Part shown: positions 57,692-57,695 of the stretch, piece after piece
How positions within the stretch are numbered: the stretch's first letter is position 1
How the letters are laid out: each line of letters starts with the position of its first letter
The notes under the pieces: generated by a model
What the model was told of the DNA's origin: nothing
Seen by the model: only the letters and a program-made list of their open reading frames with translations
The model's database searches: none
Virus record (IMG/VR): IMGVR_UViG_3300027903_000007
Location: 1 to 57,695 of that record
Length of the DNA: 57,695 bases
Source: a virus
Taxonomy: Duplodnaviria > Caudoviricetes
Strand: one strand, 5' to 3'
Translations under genes and position numbers: made by a program

Positions 57692-57695
57692 TATT

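Noticed and set aside
1-57695. Prophage boundaries, integrase, rRNA or host genes
   Set aside because: None were recognised; the whole window reads as phage. Lifestyle and host cannot be fixed from this window.

Overview
This is a 57.7 kb stretch of a tailed dsDNA phage genome (Caudoviricetes, podovirus-like head module). An alphaproteobacterial host is a tentative inference. Two arms diverge at about 37.4 kb. The leftward arm (minus strand, 1-37.4 kb) holds early, accessory and replication genes: a DNA amino-methyltransferase cut by the window edge, vWA and AAA ATPases, a sigma-like protein, primase, SNF2 and DnaB-like helicases, an XF1762/Mom-like protein, several HNH-type endonucleases, ParB-like proteins, a MoxR-vWA-DUF3150-like trio, DoxX and a TauD-like dioxygenase. 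The rightward arm (plus strand) holds tRNA-Thr, a cold-shock protein, small basic proteins, TerS, intein-containing TerL, portal, scaffold, major capsid and virion appendage genes. The most striking structures are: (1) about 16 fixed-geometry hairpin+RBS elements that cut the early region (17.7-29.8 kb) into gene cassettes; (2) a separate stem-loop at 15.36-15.42 kb whose loop is the exact antisense of the RBS those cassettes share, together a candidate process-then-silence translational control system; (3) a 1-kb island with no TCC/TCG/TCT trinucleotide on either strand, beside a 46-bp palindrome; (4) an endonuclease VII gene overprinted out of frame inside the TerL intein; (5) an 11-member paralog family; (6) a stop-codon/RGPP leader attenuator. 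All calls come from reading motifs by eye; no searches or folding programs were run.
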